From: the human T2T-CHM13v2.0 reference genome, Homo sapiens | NCBI RefSeq assembly: GCF_009914755.1 | Contig: NC_060936.1 | Direction: 5' to 3' (one strand) | DNA length: 64,000 nucleotides | Part shown: one piece after another, positions 1 through 48,962 of the stretch | Position numbering within the stretch: the stretch's first letter is position 1 | How the letters are laid out: every line of letters begins with the position of its first letter | Program-made: the position numbers and the translations under genes | Notes under the pieces: model-generated | What the model was told of the DNA's origin: nothing | The model's database searches: none | Seen by the model: only the letters and a program-made list of their open reading frames with translations

Positions 1-347
1 TGGTAATTATATCCTTGTTGGCTTATTTAGTAGTTTCTGATGGAAATATGGATGTACAAATAAATGACAGCTGTCAGTTCAGGTAAGACAGCTGAATATA
101 AAAATTTATTTAAAAAGAGATTCTTAAATTTTATTGTTTTGAAAAGACAGCTGAAAACAGTATCAATAGTTTCTTAGAATGAGTCTTTAACAAATCAACA
201 TTCATTTGAAATAAAATCTGTGCTTATATTTAAGGCACTTACATAGGTTTGCATTTTAGTAGGGATGTAGAAAATACATGTTTTGGATTGAACAATGGTG
301 AGGCTTCGTAAGGAGTAAAATAATTCCAAAATGTTCCAGACTTTACA

Positions 348-543
<196 letters not shown>

Positions 544-1348
544 TTTTATATAACACTATGCATCTGAGATATGGCAGGCATTTTGTTTCCCAAAATATTT
601 GTGAAAAAGGCAAATGTGTACCATGTAGGAAATGACATTGTTTGTTGAAAACTTATATCGAATTGTATATCATTGTATATGGCGGATTACATAAAACAAT
701 GTTGCAAAAATGAAGCTTGGCTGACTATTGGAATGGTTTGCTGAAATTGGCTTTCAGATTTGAATTTCATGTTTTCCTTGAAACTTCTATATCACACGTG
801 AAGGGTTTGGAATTTTGCCATAAAAGTTCCAAAGTAAAAGTAATGTCATTCCCTTCTTTCTTTCCAAAAGTAGAAGCATTAAAGGGAAGCAAACACACTT
901 AGGAGAGTAAGGAGAAGTTTTGCAAAATCAAAAACCAAAACCCAAACAACCCAAAAGGTAAACATAAAATTCTGATATTTCAAAGTTACAAGAATTATAA
1001 ATAACAAAACAAAAATTTTAAAATTAAATATTTTGTGAGACTACTTATAAACAATGTTATGTAAAATAATAACACTCTTCCCAATCTCTACTCCACTGCC
1101 AGTCTTTATGTGTCAGCTTTTGACCAACAATGTTTCTATCACCACTCTTTCTTTCCTTTCCCCGTAGTTTATATCATTATAAAGACTGTAGTGGTAAATG
1201 AAAATGAACCAGGTAAATTTAAAAGGAAATATGAATATGGGGTAGATAGGAACAATCAGGGAATTAACATGGATGCAGTTTGTCTTTATCTTGGGTGAGT
1301 GAGATTTTAGAGATCAATGCCTGTTCATTTTTGCATTTATCATTTTAA

Positions 1349-1668
<320 letters not shown>

Positions 1669-1875
1669 CATTTTTTCTCTTTTTAACAGAATTAATTAAC
1701 TACATTTGATTCACTGATCTAGTTTTGTAAACTGAGATGTGATACATAAAATATAACAAGGTAGATGTTAATTATATTAAAAATGGACCTCAGTTTTATA
1801 GAATTGTGTTCATCATAATGTTTGGTTTGTAGACGAATTATTTTCATTCATTAATGTAAAGAAAGTCCTCTTTTT

Positions 1876-2204
<329 letters not shown>

Positions 2205-2290
2205 TTATGTACGCAGATAAGAGTGTGTATGTATGTATTTGTTAATATAAAGAGCAACCATGAACTCAAACCTTAATAATTAACTATACT

Positions 2291-2445
2291 GTGGCACACG
2301 CCTGTAATCCCAGCTAATTGGGAGACTGAGGCACAAAGAATCGTTTAAACTTGGGAGGCGGAGGTTGCAGTGAGGCCATCGTGGCACTGCACTCCAGCCT
2401 GGGTGACAAAGCGAGAATCTGTCTCAAAATAATAATAATAAAAAT
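2291..2445 (+). mobile_element. Alu right-arm fragment
   Basis: gtggcacacgcctgtaatcccag...ctgtctc followed by an (AAT)n tail. Confidence 0.85.
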
Positions 2446-2559
2446 CTAGACCATTCTAGTTATTTGTATGAATATATTTATTCATCTTCATTCTATCATT
2501 CCAGCTACCATCTCCAAATAAACTCTGTCCTTAATTTTATGTCTATCATTTTCTTGTTC

Positions 2560-4200
2560 TGTTTTTGATAACAGCATTATTCAAATATAATTTTTATAGC
2601 AAACAATTTACATGTATATATATAATTTGTGTTGTATTAACATGGTTATACAACTATCACCACAATCAATTTTAGAGCATTTTTATCACCTCAAAAGTTA
2701 ACGCTATATCCTTTGCAGTCATCCTCAATCTTCTCATCTACTGCAACCCCAGGCAACCACAAATTTACACCCTGTCTCAATGGATTTGCCTATTCTGTAT
2801 ATGGTATTTCATATAAATACAATCCTAAAAATATGTTGACTTTTGTAATCAGTTTCTTTCACTTAGCATAATATTTTCAAGCTTTGCATGTTGTGGCATG
2901 TCCCAGTATTTTATTCTAAATAATATATTCCATTGCATGAAAATACCATATTTGAGTTATCCATTCATTAGTTGTTGGGCATTTAGATTGTTTCCTTTTT
3001 TTTTTTTTTTGACTATTATCAATAATGAAGGTATGAACATTCATGTACACCAGGAGTCCCCAACCCCCAGGGTACAGACTGGTACCAATTCATGACCTAT
3101 TAGGAACCAGGGTGCACAGCAAGAGGTGAGTAGCAGGCAAATGAGCATTGCTGCCTGAGCTCCACCTCCTGTCAGATCAGTGGCAGCATTAGATTCTCAC
3201 AGGAGCTCAAACCTTATTGTTAACTGCACATGTGAGGGATCTAGGTTTCATCCTCCTAATGAGAGTCTAATGCCTGATGATTTGAGGTGAAACGGTTTCA
3301 TCCTAAAACCATTCCCATCCCAGTCTGTGGAAAAATTGTTTTCCACGAAACCAGTCCCTGGTGCCAAAAAGATTAGGGAATGCTGATGTACACTTTATTT
3401 GGTGGACATATGTTTTTATTTCTCTAAGTTATATATTTAGGAGTGGAATTGCTGGTCATATGTAACTTTATGTGTAACATTCCTACCAACAATTTATGAG
3501 GTTTCAAATTTCCCCATATAGATGTCAATGCTTGTTATTATCTTTTTAATTATAGGCATTTTAGTGGTTGTGAAGTAGCTACTCATTGCGGTTTTGATTT
3601 CCCTGGTGACTAATAATGCTGAACATCTTTTCATGTACTTATTAGTCTTTTGTATCTTTTTTGGAGAAATGTCTCTTCAGATCTCTTACCCATTTTAAAA
3701 TTGGATTCTTTGTCTTTTTATTATTGAATTACAGAGGTTCTTTGTATATCGAGACACAAGTCTCTAATAAGATATATGACTTACATATAATTTCTCCCGT
3801 TTGGTGGGATGTCTTTTCACTTTCTTGATGGTGTCCTTTGAAGCACAAATGATTTTAATTTTAATGAAGTCCAATTTATCTATTATTTCTTTGAAATTAT
3901 CGCCAAATTCAAGGTCATGAAGATTTATGCTTATGTATCCTTCTAAGAGTTTTATCATTTTAGTTTTTACATTTAGGTCTTTGATTCACTTTGAATGAAT
4001 TATTGTTTATGGTGTGAGGTAGGGGTCCAACTTCATTTATTTGGATGTGAATATCTAATTATCCTAGCATCATTTGTTGAAAAGATTATTGTTTCCCTAT
4101 TTAATTGTTTGATGCCCATGTTAAAAAATGATTGATCATAAATGTGAAAGTTTTTTCCTGAATTCTCAATTTTCTTCCATTGATTTATATGCCTATTCTT
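2560..4200 (-). mobile_element. Old L1M (L1MB-like) 3' portion, interrupted by MER1B
   Basis: Typical antisense L1M 3'UTR/ORF2 text; minus ORF 3764-3958 resembles decayed ORF2 (IDKLDFIKIK...SKDTIKKVKR). Boundaries approximate. Confidence 0.8.
3051..3385. mobile_element. MER1B-like hAT/Charlie non-autonomous DNA transposon
   Basis: 335 bp with ends caggagtcccc.../...gggaatgctg and a perfect 8-bp TSD atgtacac (3043-3050, 3386-3393). Confidence 0.9.
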
Positions 4201-4379
4201 GTTCTATTATCAGTCTTTATTCTCTTGCTCTTTCAAATTAGTTTATGTGCAGTTTTTGTTTGCAGTGACACAATATTCTTTAGAGATTTTAAAAAAATTG
4301 TATAAAGGTATAACTATACATATTCTTTAGGGAGTGTTTTCAGTCAACATTTTCTAAGATTTATTAAGAGTTTAAATTA

Positions 4380-4684
<305 letters not shown>

Positions 4685-4699
4685 AAGAGTTTAAATTAA

Positions 4700-6410
<1,711 letters not shown>

Positions 6411-7069
6411 TCTTTTTTAATATCATGTAGGGTTTTTGAGTAAAAGTATGGGATGTTCAGAGATGCATTTTCTGGAGATGGAGCTGTATAGTGGAGAGTG
6501 AGTGGCCTTTAAGAGAATCTAGAGATTTGTAAACCAATTAGCAAAATTTATAAAATGCAGAAAATAGGTTTCATGGACTGAGCTATGGTAGTGGCAGTGG
6601 GAGAGATTTTTTTAAATTGAATATGATTAACAGGAGTCTATAGAACTTGAGCCTATTGACTAGGCTCCTTCTCTACTCTTCATTGCTTTTTTTTTTTTTT
6701 TTCAGGTCAGGGTCAATTTGGCATTTATTCCCTTCTTAGTTACTTCATCTGCACAAACACCCATCTTATGACTTAAAAAAATATCCCGTCTATGGGTTCT
6801 TCCTATTAATGATGGGAATGAAGTCAGTACAAAAACTAGTACCAACTATAGTTTTGCAGAATATTTTACATATTACAAGATGGCACATACATTAAGTGGT
6901 AGGTCAGGCAGAAATAACTAATCTCAATTTATAGATGAGTAGATTTAAGTGTTAATGAGGTTTATATAACTTTCATCTTAGTGATTTATCTAAAGAGGCA
7001 AATTACCTTTAATTCTTATTTTGTTTCATAGTTTGAAGGCAACTAAAAAGCAACAGGTCATAAAATGTG

Positions 7070-7810
<741 letters not shown>

Positions 7811-9199
7811 ATGTTTTAGGTGACATGTCCAATAAAAAACAATTTCTCCTTTAATTCTCAACTCTAGTTTTCAATTTTAACTTCTGGTTAACTTTGCACC
7901 TATTAGTGCTACTTATGCCTTGTTATTTACTAATTAGAGGTTGTTAGAGTTGTGTTCCTGGAAGCACCATTTACATAGACCACAAGCTGTTCTATTCCTC
8001 CTGGAGTTTGTGGCCTGTTTGTGCCTTGTGTTCTCGGTGTGATTTTTATCTATTAGCTCCTTCACTTTTTGGGTTGAGTTTCTGTTATTGACTCAGGTCT
8101 AGCTTCCCATTTAAAGTAAGTTTTTTACTCATGTATGTTCTAAAATTCATAAAAAATTTACTTGCTCATGAAAATGCACACAACCTAATCAGACTCACTA
8201 AATGCATTCCTAGTGGGAATGAATTCATTTCTGTTCACATAATTTATACTCATAGTTGGAACTTGGATGATTTTTTTTCACTTGGAGAAATTTTTTTTAA
8301 TTCTAACTATAGCATGAAAATGGAAACTGCTTGTCAAGTGTCCTATTCGTGGTTTCTGTTTAGATTTTTGGTTTTATTCTCTGTGGACATTACCGGATAC
8401 AACTTTACTCCATTCTCTGTCACTGTACAAGGGGATAGAATCAAAACTATTCAAATTTAGCACAACAAGGGATTTTTAAGCAACAGCATAAATAATGGGT
8501 TATCCATGAAAAGGATTTTTTTCTGCTTCTTTCAGACACACTGGTGGGTGACAGTCGAAATCATCCTGGAAATTGCCAGGATAAGAACTTGTGCTTTTCA
8601 GGGGAAGATAATTTTGTTTAAACTTTGCTTTACATTTCATCACACATATATTTCGATATGTACTTTTTATTTATATATATTGTATAAATGTCCTTTATAG
8701 ATTATAACCTAATATTTTGACATCTGCTTTGAAGAATGATTAGTTTGAGATATGCGTATATGGAAAATTTATCTGCATTAAAAAAACAAAATAAAAACCT
8801 CTAAAAATAAATAAGGAAGAAAATCCTAATGGAAGAATGGGAAAAGACTTAATGAAATCCAAATTGCCAATCCTTATGTAAAATATGACCAATCCCTCTA
8901 GAAAAAAAGGAAATAGAAATTAAAACTTTTTTTCATGTTCAAATTGGCAGATTCAAATAATAATGGCAATTGTGGATGAGGGTACTTGGAAGCTCTCATA
9001 TATTGTTAGTGGGAATATAAACTTTAAACCAGTGTGAATATGAACACTTCCTGGGGAGAAATTTGGGAATACTACTAAGAAAATTTTTTAAAGTGGCAAT
9101 CTGGCTACTTTTTTAAAACGGCAACTTAGATTTCATTCAGGCTCTTCATACTGTTTGAATATAGGGATTTCAACAAGGCCAGACAGGTCAGGTCATTGA

Positions 9200-9589
<390 letters not shown>

Positions 9590-12500
9590 TGACTCTAGGT
9601 ACAGAACATCTGATTTGCAAACAGTTATGATTTTCTTTGTGAGTCAGTGCCTTGTTTACTGTCTAAAACTAGTAGCTATGCCTGTACTCTTGATGAAAAT
9701 ATTTTGAAAATTGGAGGCAAAGCACAAGAAGACAAATGACCCAGCAAAATATCTGATACACCCCAACTGCTGAATCACCTGCTAAGGTATTTCTAGGGGC
9801 TTGGAATTTTTTTGGGGGGGGTAAAACAAATTTAGCTAATGTGTGTAAATGGCATTTGCCGCTTTTAACACTTGACTCATGCTTGTTTCATTGCTTCTTA
9901 AGGAAATAATCAAAAAATTTAAAGAATAATTTTGTGATAAAAATGGAATATATTACAGAAGACCTTTAACATATATTCAGTGCCTGAATTATTGGATTAT
10001 TAATAAATATGTCATTCTGCACTACTAATGAGTGCCACAAATAATGTCTATTAAAGAAAACCTTAATAATATAAAGGTCACAAAATTAAATCTGGAAAAG
10101 ATATTTTCTATAAACACAGACAAAAATAATTTATAATACTTTATTTCTTTTTCAAAGTACATATGAAACAGAGTAAAATTATATTTCAAATGCTTTCCAT
10201 TTTCTTTTACAAAAGTAATCATAAACTGTATACTTCATAACAGCTTTGAGGTTTAATTGTTACATAATTCATCTGAACCTGACAAATATAGTCACACATT
10301 CTAAAGAAGACATTGTAAAAATACTGCATTGTGTAACATCTTTCAAACGTGGTTGCAAAAACATTTGTTCTAAGTAATACAATTGTATGCTGTCAAGTTT
10401 CACAAATGACTGTTTACCATGTACAAAAGCCAGAAACACGAATTTCAAAAGATTTTAAAATTTCTGTTCTATAATATGGAAATCAAAGATATTGATTTGA
10501 ACAATGGCCAAGTATTAAATCACAAAATTCAGCTGAAAAATCACCTTATGAACAAAGACTAAAGGTACAAACAAATCAGATATAATGGATCCAAATAATT
10601 TGATGTTGTATGTGAAATGATGAATTTTAGTGGTTCCTGGCAGTTTAGAATAATTGGCAACATCTTGGACTCATCACATTTACAATGTGAGGCAGTTCTT
10701 TTCGACTTTGACTTCTTTTTCCTGAAATAAAGGTTTTGCTTCATTGTCCATAATTTCTCCATATTTTGCAGGTGAATCCAATCACTTCTTTCCGTTGGAA
10801 AGGTCAATAACAAGTTAATGTGAATGGCACCACTTGGGCTGGACTTTTTGTCTATAAAACAAACTATAAATGCAAATATTTTGTATATTAGAGTTGGTCT
10901 ACCTGCTTCTTATTTATACAGTGATAAAATTTATGAAGTTATTCACACTGGAGATTACTATGTTCTTTAAGTGGAAAGCTTCAAGGGTATTTTTAAAGAA
11001 AAACAAAAATTATAATGAAACTCACAAAATGATCTATAAAAATATAAATAGAACAAATCATGCAATTTTTGTACAGAATAATTTAATGACCAGTTTGTAC
11101 ATAACCTAGGGATTATAGGTTGTTTTGGGTCCACCAACTTTATTCCATGGAAAAATCATAGCCGAATGTAATTCATATATTGATGCTCAGATTAGGACAA
11201 TTAAAAAAAAACAATTTTGAAAGAGATGATGAAATAAACATCTGAAATGCATTAACCTTCCAACATTGAGATTTATTTCTCTTAACACTTTTGGCTTATA
11301 TCTATAATATTCATTAATATCTAATAAATTATTTTTGAGGGAACAAAAACATGAAATTGAATAACTGAAATCCACCACACTGTGCAGTAAATAAGGGGAT
11401 CTGTATACATATAACAGATTACTCTTACAGCAAAATTTCAGGAGAAAGTGGCTTATTTTTACCCTATGCCTGAAAAGATCAGGCATAACTTTGCTCTTTG
11501 GAGAGGGCTCTCATGGTACAGGTGAGTTTAGAAGAAATTATTGTCAGTTTGAGATAAAAATATTTCCATACAAATGTATCTATCAATAGCAAGTCATTTC
11601 TAGTGTCTCAGCATAGAATCATCCTAATAATTCCTCCTGGCAGGAATATGTTTAAATCATTTCAGGCATGAAAAATGCTACCCTTTCTCTTAAACGTTGT
11701 CTACTTATTTTTCAATCACCACTTCTAGTATTCAAAATGTTTGCATTCAGTAGACTGTTAAGTCACACTTCCACTTCAGCCTTTAATTTAGTGCTTGATT
11801 TTTCTAAGTCTCTGTAGCATGATGTTGTTGTGCCACCGAATCATACCCTGCTTTCTTATGATGAACAGGATGAAAGTGAAAATAACCTTTTACTTTGATG
11901 AGAAGACACTTGAACTGAGTATTAATTAACTGCCACTGTTCAAATACACATCTTTTTGGTTAACTGTTAATGGTAGATGACAACTAATTACTAATACATC
12001 TTTTATGAAATTACCGTTCACTTTAATTAACAGAATATTAAGTAATAAAACATAAAATTCTTACCTAAAAGGGTGTCACTGAATAATGTATTGGAAACAA
12101 CTTTTAGTTTAATTAGCTGTTTCTCATATAAAATATAAACTCATTCTTTTCTTCGAAATAATGGGTCTTTACAGCAGGTTCAGATGAATCATATCCTGAG
12201 CCATGTCACTGAGTTAACGATTAAATGCTCTGTCATAGGTTTTTTGGGAACAATATTAAATCATATACATTTCTCTAAAAGTTAAAACACATGTCTTTTG
12301 ATTTTGCATCTCAATATCATATTTCCATATGCTTTAACTTCTTTGCTCAACTGTCATTTAATTATTTTACTTTCATTCTTTGAATCATTTCTCATTGACA
12401 CCAATACATTTTTAGCCTAAAGTTTATAAAAATTTAGATCAAGTAGTGTACCTCAAAACAACTAGAGTAGCTTCAAGAACAAGTGAAGAAAAGTCTGCAT

Positions 12501-13849
12501 TTTCTTTTTATTTAGTAGAGGTCAAATGATGTTCTCAAATCCTGAACAACTCCAGGTGTTTTTTATTATCAGGCAATTAAATTACCTGGTAAGTATTACA
12601 ACTAAGGTGGCAAAAAGAATCAGACGAAATTCTATAAAAATATACGTTCTTAAATAATTTCAAGTACTCTTTTTGAGGGGGTAAAGAAATTACCGCACGT
12701 TCAATGTTAAGATTTAGTGTTCCTTTATTTGTAATAGTCTTTGGCTCTTTTGGTAACTGATCCTCAAATAAGTTACATATTTTTTTATGGATAGTAAAAG
12801 TTGACCACAGGTTTGGAAGTTTGGCTTTTTCAATTTTCCAGTAATTAATCTTTAAATGAATTCTTTAGGAGATTGATAGCTCTTTATTGAGTTGCAAAAT
12901 TTTAAAATAATAAACATTAGAGGAGAATAAACACAGTTGGGAATGTCAATTAAATATCACCACCAAATAGGTTCAAATATATTTGCTTTTATTTATCAAA
13001 AACCTGAGTCAGTATTGATCAGTTGTGATCTCCCTGCAGTAACTACAACGTGCACACACTTCCCAAAACTGCATAAGAAAGTGAGTGCTTGGCTCTGCTT
13101 TCCTGTCTTTATTCCCCTAGCACTAGTCCTCATGATATTTGTTGCTGAACTGTGAATATATTCAGTATGGAAATTTTTACATGTTAAATGAAGTATCAGA
13201 AACACAGGGTTGGCCTGACAAAAACAATTGTTGGGAAAAATATTATTAGGAAACCAGTGTGAAAAAAACAATGTTCTGAGTTTTATGAAAAGATATACTC
13301 CACAAACATGAGTGTTCTTTTCATATTCAATTCCCTCATCGCCCGATTGCCTGGTTAATCAGTTAAAAACAACAACAAATTCCTCCCCTAAAACTAAAAA
13401 GAATATCAATGTTATTATGCTAATGAATCAACCCTTACTCTTTTTTTTCCTAGACTGATATTTGGTAAGTCCCTGAAGAAGTCCCTGAAATTAGATGTTC
13501 ATTATATACCTGAACTGCAGCTTCATAATGTGTCAGTACTGTCATTAAAATGTGATGTCCCACACAAATAAGGGGATTTGTAATATCAAATCTTATTTTA
13601 AATACTGAAACTGAAAATATTTCATCTTCAATTACAAGCAGAAAGATGGTAAGTTATGTGTATATGAATGTGTGGGCTGTGTAGAGTGAGGGTGTGTTGT
13701 ATTAAAATTGTTAGGATTACATTTTAATAATATGAACTGTCATTTTTAACAATCATGCCTTATTAATCTGAGCATAAACCTACCTCCTGAATTACATGAA
13801 AGATGAGTTGTGGTGAATTTCCTCTCGCTGATCTCTTTCTCAGGATTAA

Positions 13850-16026
13850 CACATATCCTTGCATGATGAGTTTATTCTAACTTCAAGGAAACATTTAAAA
13901 AATTCTTTTAAAACTTATTTTAATCTACAATTCCCATATTAGAGTCTTCTGATTGGCCAATGGTTCACATTTTTTCATCACAAGCATTGGCTTTTTCTCC
14001 TTAGGGAGTAAAGAAAAGCGAGTTTCTAAGAATCAACAAAAAGTCCTTAAAAATGTGTTTTTGGGTGAAAATAATTATACTCACTTAGGAAACGTAATTG
14101 CTAATTTACTTTAAGCTGCAGTTATATCTACTAATAAAACAACTGTCTCCAAAAATGTCATTCTATTAATAGTATAACTTTTTGTCTTCCTATTTGAAAA
14201 GTTTTATTTCCCAATAAAACAAATAATTTCAAAATGCAAGTGTCATCTTTCATTTTACCTATAGCAAATAATTCTTTTAGGCTCGACAAGGTAGCCAAAT
14301 GTTTCCAAACAGCTTTCTTCTATTATTTTCAATGAGAAAATGTTAGCTAGGAGTACCTGTTTTCCTTAGGGTGGTATAAGCATTTTTGAAAAATCTGAGG
14401 CAGAACTGTGTTTGCCTTTAAAATGGTAATGTGCAAAATATTTACCTCTTAATTAACAGTAATGCCATCACTATAAGAGATGTCAACAAAATTTCAAGGC
14501 TTTTAAAACTTTTTTTTAATATTTAGAAATAATGGGATTTTACAAAAATAAAAATTTCATAACCGCTGATAAAATTTTCTCATCCAGGTAAATATGTTTT
14601 TATTTTCTTGCCTCTTTTTTTAAAAAAACCACCAATTTTGAAATAAGCTTGAAATATATACTATCTATACCACACATCTTAAAAGTAAGGTTGGGGTAAT
14701 TCAGTATAGATACCTTCCAACAGGGCCTGAAAATGGGACAAAATATGTTGACCTGACTTAAAAGAAAGTTCTGTCTTGTAAAAACACTTGCATAGTTTTT
14801 ACATGTAGTGGCCTGAACCTTGATCCTTATGAAGGCAAATGCCTTTCATGCAAGGACTGGAGGCCTGGGCCTTTAGAATTAATTTGTTTATTATTATTAA
14901 GCATTGAAGTTGTATTATTAATATTTATAGTATATTTCTATATGTTGCTGAAAATAAATCATCCTTTCTTTAAGAAAATACTGAATTCCAATGATGAGCT
15001 TCTGACTGGGTTTAAGAGTCACCATTACTGTGTACAATCTAAACGGTGATGAACACAGACAGTGTTGTTGTTCCTTTGGTGTCTGTTAGTATGGTCTATC
15101 AGAAATACAGGATCTATATGATAGCTTCAAGTCACAAAAAATACACGTCACAAAAAAATACATGTCACAGTACTTGAGAACCTTACAAACACTTAAAAAT
15201 TAACTTCTGATTCTGTTCACTTAGAAATACTAATGCTACATTTGAGATGAAGATTATTAGAATTTTAAAAATATCAGTTGAACAGTGCAACAGATATTTG
15301 AGCTAATGTTACAGTAAAACAGTGTAAAATGGTAGCCACAATGGCTCAGCCTCCGTTTTTCAGCCAATAAGTATTACTTCTTAAATTTATATTCAAAATG
15401 ATTCTTTAAATTTACAGCTTTGTCTGTGTATTTTAAAGAACAAGCTTGAGAGACAAGTTTTGAGTTTAGCAGAGCCAAACCTCACCAAGAAAGTAATTTT
15501 CTGAGAATGAAAGAAAAGTATTATCAGATAAGTAACATTAATTTGATTGCGCAAGGATTTAATGTTGTGTAAGTTAAGTTCAAAATCTCCTTTTAAGTTT
15601 ATACAGAACCACCTGCACAACTAGAAATGAACACAGTATAACAAAATCAAACCCATACATATATGACATGTGCTACTTTATACAATAGCAGCATAAACTA
15701 TATTTAATTTTAGGTAAGTATGAACTGTTTAAAAAAACATTTCATATGCAAAGAATTACAACATAGTAAAACACTCTTTGTGCTAACAGGCATTTGATAC
15801 GAAGGATAAAATGCCTTATGCAACTAAGGACTATATGTATTCAAGTAAAATGTATTGATGTTCAAAGTTAAAAAATCAACAATAAAAGCAAATAAAAAAG
15901 TGCACATCAAGTTTGTTCATTAGTACGGATATATTTCAAATGAGGAAACCAAACCTTCCACTTTTTTTCTGATTCAATGAGCACGTGATCCTAGATGCTT
16001 AATATCATGGTCTCATTTTGGAGGCA
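13850..16026 (-). other. SYT10: SYT10 3'UTR (distal end uncertain)
   Basis: Follows the stop codon; AU-rich with no recognisable repeats. Minus-strand AATAAA hexamers at 14887, 14599, 14203 and 13871. Confidence 0.6.
14599..14604 (-). terminator. Candidate polyadenylation signal AATAAA
   Basis: tttatt on +, followed on the minus strand by a U-rich downstream element (14570-14535). Alternative hexamers exist. Confidence 0.4.
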
Positions 16027-46568
<30,542 letters not shown>

Positions 46569-46798
46569 CTGAACACACACACATATACACAAAATCATTG
46601 AGGGAGATCATTTTGATGAGAATGTTATACAGTGACATATAAACTCTTCCCCACCCCCAGAATAGTGAAAAGATATCTATATCTACATAGATAGACACAT
46701 ACATATAATCAAAGAGGTACTTTTGAAAAAATAAAGAAGTACAATATTCAAAGAGAAGTCTCCTAAAATTCCAGAACATCTGAAACACTTAAATGTTC

Positions 46799-47125
46799 TT
46801 TTTGTTTGTTTGTTTTGTTTTGTTTTTTGTTTTTTGAGACAGGATCTTGTTCTGTCACCCTAGCTGGAGTACGGTAGTGCTATTATAGCTCACTGTAGCT
46901 TAAAACTCCTGAGCTCAAGCCATCCTCTGGCCTCCGCCTCCTGAGTAGCTGGGACTACAGGCATGTGCCACCACACCTGCCCAGTTAATTTTTAAATTTT
47001 TTGTAGAGACAGAGTCTTGCTATGTTGCCCAGGCTGGTCTTGAACTTCTGGGCTCACGCAATCCTCTCACCTCAGTCTCCCAAAGTGCCGAGATAACACA
47101 AGTGAGCCACAACACGTGGCTGGCC
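46799..47125 (-). mobile_element. AluJ, full length
   Basis: atagctcactgtagc and tatgttgcccagg diagnostics; (TTTG)n tail. Confidence 0.92.
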
Positions 47126-48433
47126 AATGTTAATTTTCATATGCTTTTGGAATTTTGTACTCTCAATCATAAGCACATAATTAAAAACAATTCTAAAGAA
47201 ACATGATTAGCAAAAAAATTCAATATTCCACAGAAAATTGTGAATGTTATCAGTCATCTGGGTCTATCTAGATGTAAGTATTATACAGACAAAATCATTC
47301 AGATGGCTGGTTTCTTTTCACCTGGATATTTGAGTCTCATGAATTTCACATTTTAGTGACTATAGTATTAAAATTAAAAACATGTTATAGGTCCACATTT
47401 TCTTATAATGAGTTGTTTCTAATTCTTAATCTAACTAAATACATATTTACTTTTAAAAAGAATATATAGTTGTGGCAGCCAAAAATGAGTACATTTTCTT
47501 TTTTTCAACATGCTGTGGTCTTCAGAAACTCTAAGGATAAAAACAAACGTAGAATTTTAGAATTTGAGCCCAACAAAACAAGTTTTTAAAAATTCAGACT
47601 GAATTTCCTATAGTCACTATTACTACTCATCTAGTCAACATTTCCAGAATATTAAATATATAAGCTTACTAATGTCTTCTACATGTGACTTGCATTAAAG
47701 ATCTGCTGCTTTTATACTTACTCCATGCTTTCTGGCACGAACTGTGCCAAACTACCCATCTCCTCAAAGCTTAGTCCCACGTCTTTTGTTATATTTCTTG
47801 TCAGTCTGTTCATCAGACTAATCATCAGTTCTTGGACTATAATTATTGTCTTGAATCTGATGGTTTCTCAGATAAATCCCAGCTACATAAACTTCTAGTC
47901 CCGTATCTCTAAATTTCTAAGGAAGATTTCTAAACAGATGTCTTCATTTCTCCCCAAATGCAACCAAACTCATCATTTTCTCCCTTTTGCTTGCAAATCG
48001 GTTCTTTATCCCACAATCTCTGACAATAGCACTAATATTTTTTATCAGTCACTCATGCTTCCAAGAATGAAGTATGCTTTGAATCATTCTCCCTTTACCC
48101 ATAGGATTTACTCAGTTTTCTAAATCCTGTTGCTTTTCCTTTGAAACATCTCATATAGTTGTTCATTCCACTCCTTTTCCATTGCTGTGGAGTCCAGATC
48201 CTTATCTCCATATATTTTGCTTTCTCTAGTCACCTTCAGCTGTCTTTTTTTTTTCCTTCCAGCTCTGTCTTATACTTAATACGCAGTCAGTGCACCCTCA
48301 GAACACTCATTTCAAAATACTTTATTCACTTCTGTTGTCTATTGCAGCAGGTCTACACCTGTTACAGCACTAAGTAATATAGATGACATTGCATGATTAA
48401 TATTTGATTCACTGATGCACACATGAAGCTCGA

Positions 48434-48962
<529 letters not shown>

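Noticed and set aside
10559-10813. 84-aa minus ORF with a basic patch downstream of SYT10
   Set aside because: Non-ATG start, no recognisable homology, no supporting splice pattern.
15983-15988. CACGTG E-box just after the stop codon
   Set aside because: A single hexamer with no cluster or CpG-island context.
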